From: Malacoraja senta
Lineage: Eukaryota
Assembly (NCBI GenBank): GCA_038087875.1
Contig: CM075997.1
Span: 2,978,001-3,042,000, forward strand
Direction: 5' to 3'
DNA: 64,000 bases
Positions 49,148 to 61,092 of this stretch are shown in pieces (position 1 is the first letter of the stretch; each line of letters begins with the position of its first letter). Both the position numbers and the translations under genes were made by a program. The notes under the pieces are model-generated. The model saw nothing but the letters and a program-made list of their open reading frames with translations, was not told the DNA's origin and did not search any database.

Positions 49148-51935
49148 CTGGTTTTGAGAGAGAGAACACTTAATAAAACTCCACCATGCCTGGTATAATG
49201 TCGCTGACTTACCAAGTAAAATAACATATACAATTCTTAAGGGATTAGACAGGCTAGATGCAGGAAAAATATTCCCAATGTTGGGGGAGTCCAGAACCAG
49301 GGGTCACAGTTTAAGAATAAGGGGTCGGCCATTTAGGACTGAGATGAGGAAAAACTTTTTCACCCAGAGTTGTGAATCTGTGGAATTCTCCGCCACAGAA
49401 GGCAGTGGAGGCCAATTCACTGGATGTTTTCAAGAGAGAGATTTAGCTCTTAGGGCTAACAGAATCAAGGGATATGGGGAGAAAGCAGGAACGAGGTACT
49501 GATTTTGGATGATCAGCCAATGAATGGCAGTGCTCAGGAATGCAGGGATAATGCCTCATTTCAAATAGGCAGAGCTGCTGCCTCGCAGCGCCAGAGACCC
49601 GGGGTCGATCCTGAGTTCGGGTGCTGTCTGTGTGGAGTTTGCACATTCACTCTGCAACTGAGGGGATTTCCTCTCGTTTCCGTCCACATTATAAACAGTG
49701 CTCGTTTGTAGTTAAATCGCCTCAGGAAAATTGCCCCTAATGTGCAGGGAGTGGATGAGAAAGTGGGATAACACGGAACTAGTTTAAACAGGTGATCGAC
49801 GGTTGGCGTGGACTAGGTAGGCCTAAGGGCCCTGTCTCCCTGTTGTATCTCTATAATATAGAGTTTAGAAATACAGCATGGAAACAGGCACTTCAGTCCA
49901 CCGAAGACAGACACAAAAATCTGGAGTAAATCAGCGGGACAGGCTGCATCTCCGGAGAGAAGGAATGGGTGACGTTTTGGGTCGAGACCCTTCTTCAGAC
50001 ATCTTCAGTCCACCGAGTCCACGCTGACAGTCGATCAGCCGTTCACACTAGTTCTATGTTATCCCACTGTCACATCCACTCCCGACACACTAGAGACAAT
50101 TTATAGAGGTCAATTTACTTACAAACCTGCACATCTTTGGGATATGGGAGGAAACTGGAGCACACAGAGGAAACCCATATGGTCACAGGGAGAAAGTGCA
50201 CACTCCACACAGACAGCATCCGTGGTCAGGATCGAACCCGGGTCTCTGGCGCTGTAAGGCAGCAACTCTACCGCTGCGCCACCGTGCCATCCCGTGTTGT
50301 CCAGTGTCACCAATTTATTTACTGGCGGGGGTTTTTTGGTACATTGATAACACCCAAGGGGTTGTTGACGTTTTTGGCCTATTTTGCACTTAAACAATTC
50401 CTATTTATATTTAAAGCCTCAAAGTTCCACCCACGGAATAATTCTATTTTTATACTCCACTTCTCATTCTCTCCTCCCATCCTTGCACTTAAAATTAAAC
50501 ACCATCTGCTCCTGCTGGTTTCCTCAGATTACTGAGCCTCATGTTATAAGACATCAAGATCTTGCTTTATTTTTCGTAGAATTATAATAATGTTTAGAAA
50601 ATGTTGTGTTGGTTTGAAAGCTTTCTTCCTGCCATTTCTGTCTATACGGCCTGTAAAGGAAGGTCCTTTATGCTTCTTAACTACCTCGTGGCATGCCAAC
50701 TTCATGGGCCTGTGAATCTGCAAGGTCCGCTGCACTTGTCAATATCTTGCCTTCTACTCCTTTATCCCCTTCCCCTTTCTAATGTATTAAAGTTCTGCTT
50801 CTCCAGATTGAGCTTCATGAGATGACATTCCACCCCAGCGGTATGAACACTGACTTCTCTATCTTCAAGTAACCCTTGCTTTCCCTCTCTCTCCATCCCT
50901 CCCCCTTCCCAGTTCTCCGACCAGTCTGACTGTCTCCGACTACACTTTATCTGTTTGCTTTGTTGTTACCTTCCCCCAGCTAATAACGGTCTATTCTACA
51001 TTTTCCTTGATCTCCACCCTCTTAGTCGTGTTTTCACACCTTACATTTCCTTATCTATGTATCGTCCTCTCCCCTGAAATCAGACGGAAGAAGGGTCTCG
51101 ACCCAAAACGTCACCCATTCCTTCTCTCCAGAGATGCTGCCTATCTGAAGAAGGGTTTCGGCCCGAAACGTTGCCTATTTCCTTCGCTCCATAGATGCTG
51201 CCGCACCCACTGAGTTTCTCCAGCACTTTTGTCTACCTTCGATTTTCCAGCATCTGCAGTTCCTTCTTAAACATGCTGCCTGTCCCGCTGAGTTACTCCA
51301 GCATCTTGTGTCAATCCTCTATCAATGGTTATCCTGGCCACAGGAGGATGTGGAGGCCAAGTCAATGGATAATTCAAAGGCAGAGATAGATAGATTCTTG
51401 ATTAGTACTGGCCTCGTGGGTTATGGGGAGGCGGCAGGAGAATGGGTTAAGAGGTAAAGATAGCTCAGCCATAATTGAATGGCAGAGTAGACTTGATAGG
51501 AGCAGAACTAGGCCATTCGACCTATCTGATGATGTTTGAACATATAAACTATCACTGCAATCTTAGGTAGACAAAAATGCTGGAGAAACTCAGCGGGTGA
51601 GGCAGCATCTATGGAGCGAAGGATATAGGCAACGTTTGGGGTCGAAACCCTTCTTCAGACTGCAATCTTATATGACCATAGTATCATGCTTTCAGATTAT
51701 CACCTTTATTTTCCTCGATATCTTGCAGTGATCCATAAACCATTCAGCATTGTCAAACTCTTATGTTGTCTTTCTTTTAGTCTCTGCTTTCCAGACTCTT
51801 TATTCATCAATGTCTTACACAATCTTGCAGTTGGGCCGCTGAGCCTGTTTCCACGTTCTATGACTCTGACTCTGACTCTAATTGATCTCTCGTCTCGTCC
51901 TTCTGATTAAAGGTTCAACTCTCTATCAAACTAGT

Positions 51936-52434
51936 TCAAAGTTGACCATTTATTGCATCCGCTGCTCTAGATGTCAGCTGAACTACATCGGTGAGACCAA
52001 GCGTAGGCTTGGCGAACGTTTCGCCGAACACCTCCGCTCGGTCCACATTAACCAACCTGATCTCCCAGTGGCTCAGAACTTCAACTCCCCCTCCCATTCC
52101 GAATCCAAACCTTTCTGTCCTAGGCCTCCTCCATGGCCAGAGTGAGCACCACCGGAAAGTGGAGGAGCAGCACCTCATATTCCGCTTGGGCAGTCTGCAC
52201 CCTAGCAGCATAAACATGGTCTTCTCCAATTTCCGGTAGCCCTTGCTGTCTCCTCCCCTTCTCAGCTCTCCCTCAGCCCTCTGGCTCCTCCTCTTCCTTT
52301 CTCCTTTCTTCTCCGAACCCCTCCCACCCGGCATCAATCTGAAGAAGGGTTTCGGGCCGAAACGTTGCCTATTTCCTTCGCTCGATAGATGCTGCTGCAC
52401 CCCCCGCTGAGTTTCTCCAGCACTTTTGTCTACC
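51936..52434 (+). mobile_element. Penelope-like element 3' fragment: GIY-YIG endonuclease plus terminal repeat with hammerhead-like motif
   Basis: IYCIRCSRCQLNYIGETKRRLGERFAEH, then EQHLIFRLGSLHP..N..FSNFR*, a pyrimidine tract and CTGAAGAAGGG..CCGAAACGTT (52339-52366). Confidence 0.9.
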
Positions 52435-52691
52435 GTCAAAGTTTACCAATCATTCCCACCAGCACAAGCAGACCTCACCGTTACACTGGTCCAAGCCCTG
52501 CTAAGAGTCAACCATTCAGACGTGAACTTGCTTCAATGGCTCAGCAATCTAAAGTCTCACCTTTCTTCAACTAATTTCATAAATGTCACCCTCCCATTCT
52601 TGAACTCAGGAGCTTGACACTGGTAGCAATCAATATCGAAATTTCAGTACCACATTTGAAGATCTGTGTATTTAAACTATTTTCCTAGTCT

Positions 52692-54647
52692 TTTATTTTT
52701 TTTATTTTGTATTATTAGAAGTAAGTACAATTGTATACAATCATATTTTCATAATACATTTTATGTACAGCTTCTTATTTTTTAATTTTGTAATAAAGAA
52801 GAAAAAGAAAAAGAAGTTAGATAATGAAGAATAGAAAAATGTGAGATATATAGTGTGTGAAAAAGAAAAATAGAGAGTGAAAAAAGAAAGTTAAGAAATA
52901 GAAAATAGAAGAAAAAGAGTAAAAGAAGAAAAGAGAAGAAAAAGAAAAAAGAAGTAAGGAGATCGTATTTATAATCTTGACCATTCCTCACCCAGTCACG
53001 GATTAGCTTTTACACTTGTGTTGCACCATATGTTTCCAAAAAGACGACAAATGGAGACCAACTCGTTATGAATTGGTCAAATTTATCTATTAGGAGGAAT
53101 CGCATTTCCTCAAAATGTGCGGTATCCAACATACTTGCAATCCACATTTTGAGCGTTGGTATTGGTGTATTTTTCCAAAATTTCAATATTAATGTTTTTG
53201 CTATTATTAAACCATAATTAAAAAATAATTTTTGAGATGGGTTCAATTTGTTCCCATCTTCCATTACCCCAAATATAATCAATTCATTATTGGGTTCCAT
53301 TTTTGTCTTAAATAATTTTGTGAATATTTTGAAAATATCACTCCAAAATCCATGAAGTTTTATACAAGAAACAAAAGAGTGTGTTATAGTTGCGTCTTGG
53401 GTTAAACATTTATCGCAAATGGGGGATATATTTGGATAGAATTTATTTAATCTTGTTTTTGAGTAATATAATCTATGTAAAATTTTAAATTGAATTAGAT
53501 TATGTCTTGCGTTAATCGAACATTTGTGAATGTATGTCAAATACTTTTCCCATGTAGCCTTCGTAATTTTTATCAATAATTCCCGTTCCCACTCTTCTCT
53601 AATTACCTCGGTCGCAGGTAAATCTATATTTAAGATACTATTATATAAATATGATATTAATTTTTGTGTATCAGCTTTAATATTCATTACTTCTTCTAGT
53701 AAATCAGGAGTTATTTTTTGATATCCCTGTATGTATGTCTTCAAGAAATTGCAAATCTGAAAATATTTAAAATAATGAGTGTTTTACAAATTAAATTTTA
53801 ATTGTAATTGTTGAAATGATAGTAAATCTCCCATTTCATACATGTCCCCGATCCTTTTAATTCCTAAACTTTCCCATTGATTATATATTTTATCCATCAT
53901 AGTTTAAATAAAGGGTTATTCGCTATCGGTGTTAACAATGATAGGTTTCTTAGTTTTAAGGATAATTTTATTTGTTTCCATATTCTTATTGTATCTTGTA
54001 TAATTGTTTTTTTCTTATATATTGTATTGTTCATTTTTTTCGGGGAGAAGAGGATTGTTCCTATATTACAAGGATAACAATCCTCTTTCTCCATTTTTAT
54101 CCATTCTGTCTGTTGGGTTGAACTATCCAACCAGTAAATTATATTCTTAATATGTATTGCCCAATAGTAATACAAAAAATTTGGGAGTGAAAGTCCCCCG
54201 ACATCTTTTGGTTTACATAAGTGTTCTTTTTTAATTCTATGTGATTTATAATCCCAAACAAAATTAGTAATATTAGCATTCAGTTTAGAAAAAAAATATT
54301 TTGGTACATATACTGGTATAGATTGAAATAGGTATAATAACTGTGGTAGGAAGCTCATTTTAATAGCATTTATTCTGCCTATTAATGATAAAGGAAGTGT
54401 TTTCCAAAATTTAATCATTATATTAAGTTTATTTATTAAGGGTATAAAATTGGCGTTGAATAAAGCTTTATGTTTTCTAGTAATCTGAATACCCAGATAT
54501 TTAAATTTTTCTGTTTGCTATTTTAAAGGGGAATTTCAATAAGTGTGTAGACTCTTGAGGTTTTAACGTCATAATTTCACTTTTGTTCCAATTTATTCTA
54601 TATCCAGAAAAGGACCCAAATTCCTCTATTAAATTTAATAAATTTGG
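52692..54647 (-). mobile_element. 5'-truncated L1-clade LINE (ORF2 C-terminus, 3' UTR, A-rich tail)
   Basis: ORFs with LSLIGRINAIKM, GGLSLPN..YY and a C-terminal CDKC...H...C knuckle; 14-bp TSD TATTTTCCTAGTCT at 52678-52691 and 54648-54661. Confidence 0.93.
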
Positions 54648-54777
54648 TATTTTCCTAGTCTACTGAAAACATTTAGAAGGAGCTCTTTATATTGAACAAT
54701 ATCCAATAAATGGTTCTGTAAGTTCAGGATCTTATTTTCAGACAATTAGTGACCATAATTTATGTTGAAACGCACAG

Positions 54778-55799
54778 GGTCATAAGAGACAGGAGCAGAA
54801 TTAGGCCATTCGGCCCATCAAGTCTACTCCACCATTCAATAATGGTTGATATATCTCTCCCTCCTAACCCCATTCTCCTGCCTTCTCCCCATAACCTCTG
54901 ACACCCATACTAATCAAAAATCTATCTCTGCCTTAAAAATATCCACAGATTTGGCCTTCACAGCCTTCTGTGGCAAAGAATTCCACACATTCACCACCCT
55001 CTGGCTAAAGAAATTTCCCCACATCTCCTTCCTAAAAGAACGTCCTTTAATTCTGAGGCTATGACCTCTTGTCCAAGACTCTCCCACTAGTAGAAAGATC
55101 ATCTCCACATCCACTCTATCCACACCTTTCACTATTCTGTATGTTTCAATGAGGCCCCCCCCTCATTCTTCTAAACTCCAGCGAGTACAGGCCCAGTTCT
55201 GACAAACGCTCATCATAGGCGAACATACTCATTCCTGGGATCATTCTTGTAAACCTCCTCTGGACCCTCTCCAGAGCCAGCACATCCTTCCTCAGATATG
55301 GTGCCCAAAATTGCCCACAATATTCCTAATATGGCCTTACCAGCATCTTATAGAACCTCAGCATTCCATCCCTGTTTTTGTATACAAGCCCTCTTGAAAT
55401 AAATGCTAGCATTTAGTTTGCTTTCTTTACTACCAATTCGACTTGCAGATTAACTTGATGGGAATCCTGCACCAGCACTCCCAAGTCCCTATGCACCTCC
55501 GATTTCTGGATTCTCTGCCCATTTAGAAAATAGTCAATGCCTTTATTCCTACTACCAAAATGCATGACTCCACACTTTGCTACACGATATTCCATCTGCC
55601 ACTTCTCTGCCCACTCTCCCAACCTGTCCAAGTCCTTCTGCCGAGTCCATGCCCACTCTACACTACTTGCCCCTCCACCTATCTCCGTATCATCCGCAAA
55701 CTTGGCCACAAACCCTTCAATCCCCTCGTCCAAATCATTAATATACAACGTGAAGAGTAACAGCCCCAGCACCGACCCCTGCGGAACTCCGCTAGTCAC
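54778..55799 (-). mobile_element. CR1-clade LINE 3' fragment with RT motifs
   Basis: SGVPQGSVLG..LF..YINDL and FADD motifs, then the RTRGHSL.I / FFSQRVV..WNSLP 3' segment. Confidence 0.92.
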
Positions 55800-56008
55800 A
55801 TATCTTGTAAAGTGCTTTTAACATTTTTACTACAATAGCAATTATCATCAAGAGATTTGGGAGTTGCTAATTCAAATTGCAGGTCACAATTCATGTCGTG
55901 ATACAAATTGACAGGATGTATTAACAAAGATGTATCACCAGGTTCAATAGACGCCATGATCCATATTGGGTAAAAAGGTCATCTAAAATAGAATAATGTA
56001 TTAATTAC

Positions 56009-56163
56009 CGAGTCTCGTCTGTTGCTATGAAAAGCACATCATCAGGTGCATCGATCCAGTTCATTCTCCTCCCCTTCATTGGCGGAAGGGAGCCTGGCTT
56101 CAGCACTTTAGGGTTTCTTGAGTATGGCTTTCCATTAATCATGTAACCTCGGTTAATGGCAGT
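56009..56163 (-). CDS. MTA1: MTA1-like gene, penultimate coding exon (TAINRGYMINGKPYSRNPKVLKPGSLPPMKGRRMNWIDAPDDVLFIATDET-R)
   Basis: ag|...|gtaatt boundaries, 155 nt open. GSLPP..RRMNWIDAPDDV is the conserved MTA C-terminal motif. Family assignment is firm; paralog identity is not. Confidence 0.93.
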
Positions 56164-57003
56164 CTGTCATATGAAGCAAATAATTATTACTCTGGAGTAC
56201 AAGTACGAGACCTTCAAAAACAATTCTTCCATCCTTTAATCCTACCGTGTTCCAAACATGTCTGTTATTCTTACACTACAATCGTTGCACTCTTGTACAT
56301 AGATATGATTGTAGTTATGTACAGTACAATTTTACTGAATTGTATGCAAAACCAAGAATGTTGCTGTATCTAGGATACATGTTACAATAAAGTACATTTG
56401 AACCCTTGTATCAGTTTTTAGTTTAGAGTTAGAATGCAGAAACTGGCCCTTCAGCTCACCGACTCCGCGCCGACCAGCCATCCCCGTATACTAGCATTAT
56501 CCCACACACTCGCGACAATTTTCTATTTTTACTGAAGCCAATTAACCTACAAACCTGTACGTCTTTGGAGTGTGGGAGGAAACCAGACGGAGCACCCAGG
56601 AAAAAACCCATGTTCTGAAAGAATGTGATGTGACAATCGTCAGATACATTCTGAAGCCGGTATATGTGGCATCTGCGTTGGAAGTGCTTGAAGGTACAGC
56701 ATGGAAGATTTGCTCTGCATCGGTCCCATCTCTACCGAGCTTGGGAGAAATTATTCTTTTAAGGGTAATGTGTGCTGAATGTTCGATGCAATAGCGTAGA
56801 GGAGGTTTTACATTTAGTTTTGTTTGGAGCTACAGAGCAGAAACAGGCCCTTCGGCCCACCGAGACCACGCCGACCAGCGATTCCCGCATATTAACACTA
56901 TCCTACACCCACGAGGGACAATTTTTACATTTACCAAACCAATTAACCTACAAATTTAATTGTACTCTATTAAATAACTCTGGAACCAATTAAGGAGATT
57001 TAA

Positions 57004-57190
57004 TGTTTAAGAAGGAACTGCAGATGCTGGAAAATCGAAGGTAGGCAAAAATGCTGGAGAAACTCAGTGGGTGCAGCAGCATCTATGGAGCGAAGGAAAT
57101 AGGCAACGTTTCGGGCCGAAACGTTGCCTATTTCCTTCGCTCCATAGATGCTGCCGCACCCGCTGAGTTTCTCCAGCATTTTTGTCTACC
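57004..57190. mobile_element. Penelope-terminus hairpin (inverted dimer) element with TSD
   Basis: Near-perfect palindrome centred on AACGTTTCGGGCCGAAACGTT, flanked by direct repeat TAAGGAGATTTAA(TG) at 56991 and 57191. Confidence 0.85.
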
Positions 57191-57289
57191 TAAGGAGATT
57201 TAATGGTAGGGTTGAAGAAGGACTTTTCACATAAGCACACATTGAAATATAACTTGTTAAAATACAATATGTACGTGACAGAAACTTAC

Positions 57290-57315
57290 CATTTGTCTAA
57301 CTTGTCCATGATTAG
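57290..57315 (-). CDS. MTA1: MTA1-like gene, 26-nt coding exon (xNHGQVRQM)
   Basis: tttttatttag|CTAATCATGGACAAGTTAGACAAATG|gtaag. Matches recalled human MTA1 LANHGQARHM. Phase 1 in, phase 0 out, compatible with the next exon. Confidence 0.85.
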
Positions 57316-59626
57316 CTAAATAAAAAGCAAAAATTAATATTAGTACTATATATAATGATAACATGAAACCTCCTTACCATCAGCTATTTGACACCAAGCA
57401 CAATGGGCAAATATTCTTGCAAAAATATTCTTGTAGCTTTTAACTATTTTTAATAATCCCTTTCTCCTACCAAAATGAGCTCATAATTCACCACTGGATA
57501 CTTCTAACCCACCAGAGTTAAAAGTAGGTGAATATATTGGATATGTTGCAAGCTTACTGCTTTTGTGTACACTGGAACTCGACAAACCATTTAAGCTCAT
57601 CATCACCCACCAAGAAAAAGCACCGGGGATATTGCCTGCTTAAAAATTACATACAAGGACCCAGGCAGCATGCTCAAACCCATCTGCAACACAGCCTTGA
57701 TCTGGCCTGCCTCTAGTTTTCAGCCGCAGGGGGACAAAATGTATATTGTACAAGCACTAGAAGAGAAAGGTCAAGAAAGGTAGGTTGATCCGGTGAGGCA
57801 TAGAGGCCAGGGATTACAGAGCAGGAACCCTCTCTCAGTTATCTTGCAGGCAAGGGTAAGATTAACACTGATCGACCCACATTTGCACAGGACTCAAAGA
57901 AGCAACAGATAGCAACTGGCAGCCATGAAATTAGACCTCAGAAGAGATGGGGAATCTCCTGCCATCTAAACCACTACAGGGCAGGCCACATAATGATCAG
58001 GAACAAACTCTGTTCATGAAGGTTCACCTTTGAATGACTAAAACTCTATCTGTGGCATCAGAAATGAAGCTAGACATTGAACAGAGCAAAAAGGATGAAA
58101 AAACCCCCCAACTTTTAAAAAGTACTGGAAACACTCAGCAGGTCAGGCAGCATCTATGGAGCGAGAACCTAAGCTATTGCTTCAGTTTAAAAAATCCTCA
58201 CCAAAATTGGGAGAGTTCTGCCAAAGGATCTTCGATCGGAAATACTGCTGTTCCTCAGATATTGTTTGAGCTGGTAAATATTTCCAGCATTTTCTTTTGT
58301 TTTTAGAAATTTCAGATTTCCAGCATCTGCATTTTAGTTTCCAAAGTAATTATATTAAGGAAAGGAAATTAGACAGATAATTGTAAGAAGGCGACAGGAA
58401 GTGAACCTATCCTGGAGAGTGTGCCCTAGACTTAGAAGGTCCACATGAAGATGTCTGGTCAATCTTTGCGTGTCAGACAATCATCACCAGCTGCAATGGG
58501 TAAGCGGATTGAATAGTGAAAGGCCTGGATAGAGTGGATGTGGAGAGGATGTTTCCACTAGTGGGAGAGTCAAGGGCCAGAGAGCACAGCCTCAGAATTA
58601 AAGGACGTTCCTTTAGGAAGGAGATGAGGAGGAATTTACTTAGCCAGAAGGTGGTGAAACTGTGGAATTCTTGCCACAAAAGGCTGTGGAGGGCGTCAGT
58701 GGATATTTTTAAGGCAGAGATAGATTGATTCTTGATTAGTACAGGTGTCAGGAGTTATGGGGAGAAGGCAGGAGAATGGGGTAAAGATAGGGAAAGATAG
58801 ATCAACCATGATTGAATGGCGGAGTAGACTTGATGGGCCGAATGGTCTAATTCTGATCCTATGATCTTATGGAACAATGAAGAATGGCCAACTCATTTTA
58901 ATTGGAATCAATTCCTAACTGCTGTATTTTGTTCAATTTATGCCAGACATACCGTGGATTTGGGCCTAGTTTACCAGTATAACACATCTGGATTCCTAAC
59001 CCACACCATTGCCTTTAGGCTCTTTTTATTGCACAACTGGAGGTTGGCGTGGATATCTCCTGTCAAGTGAACTTGTTGCATCTGTTCAGAATTTTTAGAA
59101 CATAGAAAAATACCAAATAGGAACGGGCCCTTCAGTTCACAATGTCTGTGTTGAACACGATGCCAGGTAAACTAACCCCATCTGCCTGCACATGAACCAT
59201 ATCTCTCCATAACCTTGTGCCTATCCAAAAGCCTCTAAAATACCACTTGTGCCTGCCTCCTACACAATCCCTGTCAGCGTGCTCTAGACAGCCACCATCT
59301 TCTGTGAAAAAAAAGCTTACCCCGCATATATCTCCCCTAAAGTTTGCCCCCCACTCCTTCAAACTATGCCCCCTAGTCTTTGATATTTCTATCCTTTCCC
59401 CTTTGCAGGGCATTTCATACATTACTCCAATTAAGTGAATATAAAGAAATGCAAAAGTCTTTAGGAGATGATGGAATTTGGTCTAGAAAGTCTGGTTTTC
59501 AAGGCAGCCTTGAACTTGCCATGTTTTATTGTATCAAAGCTCGATTTGAGACTAAAATGCATGTTATTTATCTCACAAATGAATATCCATCGCAGGCCAC
59601 TACTTTCAATGGCTCCAATGAATTAA

Positions 59627-59925
59627 AGGGCCTGTACCACTTACGCGATTTTTTTCGGCGACTTGCTGGCACCCGTCATAGTCGCAGCAGGTCTCCGAAA
59701 ATGTTCAACATGTTGAAAATCCAGCAGCGACTAGAAAAAGGTACGACTCTTTGGGCGACTACTCACGACCATACGCCTGTATGGTCGTGAGTAGTCGCCC
59801 AAAGAGTCGTACCTTTTTCTGGTCGCTGCTGGATTTTCAACATGCTGAATATTTTCGGCCACCTGCTGCGACTATGACGGGTGCCGGCAAATCGCCGAAA
59901 AAGTCGCGTAAGTGGGACAGGCCCT
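59627..59925. mobile_element. Harbinger-type MITE, fully palindromic subfamily
   Basis: TIR AGGGCCTGT(A/C)CCACTTACGCGA, TAA TSD, ~145-bp arms. Confidence 0.88.
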
Positions 59926-60762
59926 TAAATCTCACAATCCATTTATGGGTCCTAGGTATAGCAGCAGGATGAACTTATCAAATTAATACAAACAAAATGT
60001 ATGTAGTCCTTCTTACCCTCTCTGAGCACATGGCCAATTCCAGACCCAAACACAAAAATAATGCGGGACCCCAACTTGCATCCTTTCATGACAACTTTAC
60101 TATGAGGTTACTGCCGAATGTTTGGCTAAACCAATGGCCAGCTATTAATACGAATTAACTCTCCACCTTTAACTCTCTACCTCAAAGCTGTGTCTCCTAT
60201 CTTTCCTGTCTCACCAGAATCTCTTTATCTTCCAGTCCCATCACATATAGTTATTTAAAAAAATCAACATTCACAATCCCCTTAAACGTTCCTGAGAAAA
60301 ATTAAGAGTAGCCCCTGGGTGGCTGAATTATCCTGACTTCTTTATGACCCATCAACATAGAGTACAGTGTGAAATCAAGTGCTGTACGTTACATCTCCAC
60401 TGCACTGCAAGAGAAACATTTATGCAGAATGGCAAAAACAAGGACATAGCGGTCACACTGATACCTCTCTACCCAACAAGTTCATTATAAATTAGAATAA
60501 AAACTCAACATTTTAACATTAATTTTAAACAGACATTAACAATTCAAATATAGTTCGGCAATAGTTCATTAAAAATTTGAATAGAAGCTTCAAACATTTT
60601 ATACTCTGATGTCCAGATTTACAGCCATATATAGCAGTAGTCAATTCTTATTTAATAGCAATTTTAATAACATCAACTATCAAATCGGGGAGCAAGTTGA
60701 TAGATGGTTGTTTGGACATATAAGCCCAGAACTAGGTTCTAAACCAGCTTGGACTATCATAA

Positions 60763-61092
60763 AGGGTCTGTCTCACTTACTCAATTTTTTCGGCGACTTA
60801 CCGGCACCCGTCATAGTCGCAGCAGGTCGCCAAAAATGTTCAACATGTTGAAAACCCAGCGGCGACCAGAAAAAGGTACAGCTCTTTGGGCGACTACTCA
60901 CGACAATACAGGCGTCACGTGTTGACATGTCTCGGGGTGACGCCTGTATGGTCGGGAGTAGTCGCCCAAAGAGTCGTACCTTTTTCTGGTTGCCGCTGGA
61001 TTTTCAACATGTTGGAAATTTTCGGCGACCTGCTGCGACTATGACGGGTGCCGGCAGTCACCGAAAAAAATTGCGTAAGTGGGACAGGCCCT
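60763..61092. mobile_element. Harbinger-type MITE, palindromic subfamily, second copy
   Basis: Same arms with a longer centre; flanks TAA / TTA. Confidence 0.85.

Noticed and set aside
57378..57383. 6-nt microexon candidate ag|CTGATG|gtaag in the MTA gene
   Set aside because: Would leave a 62-nt intron and has no polypyrimidine tract.
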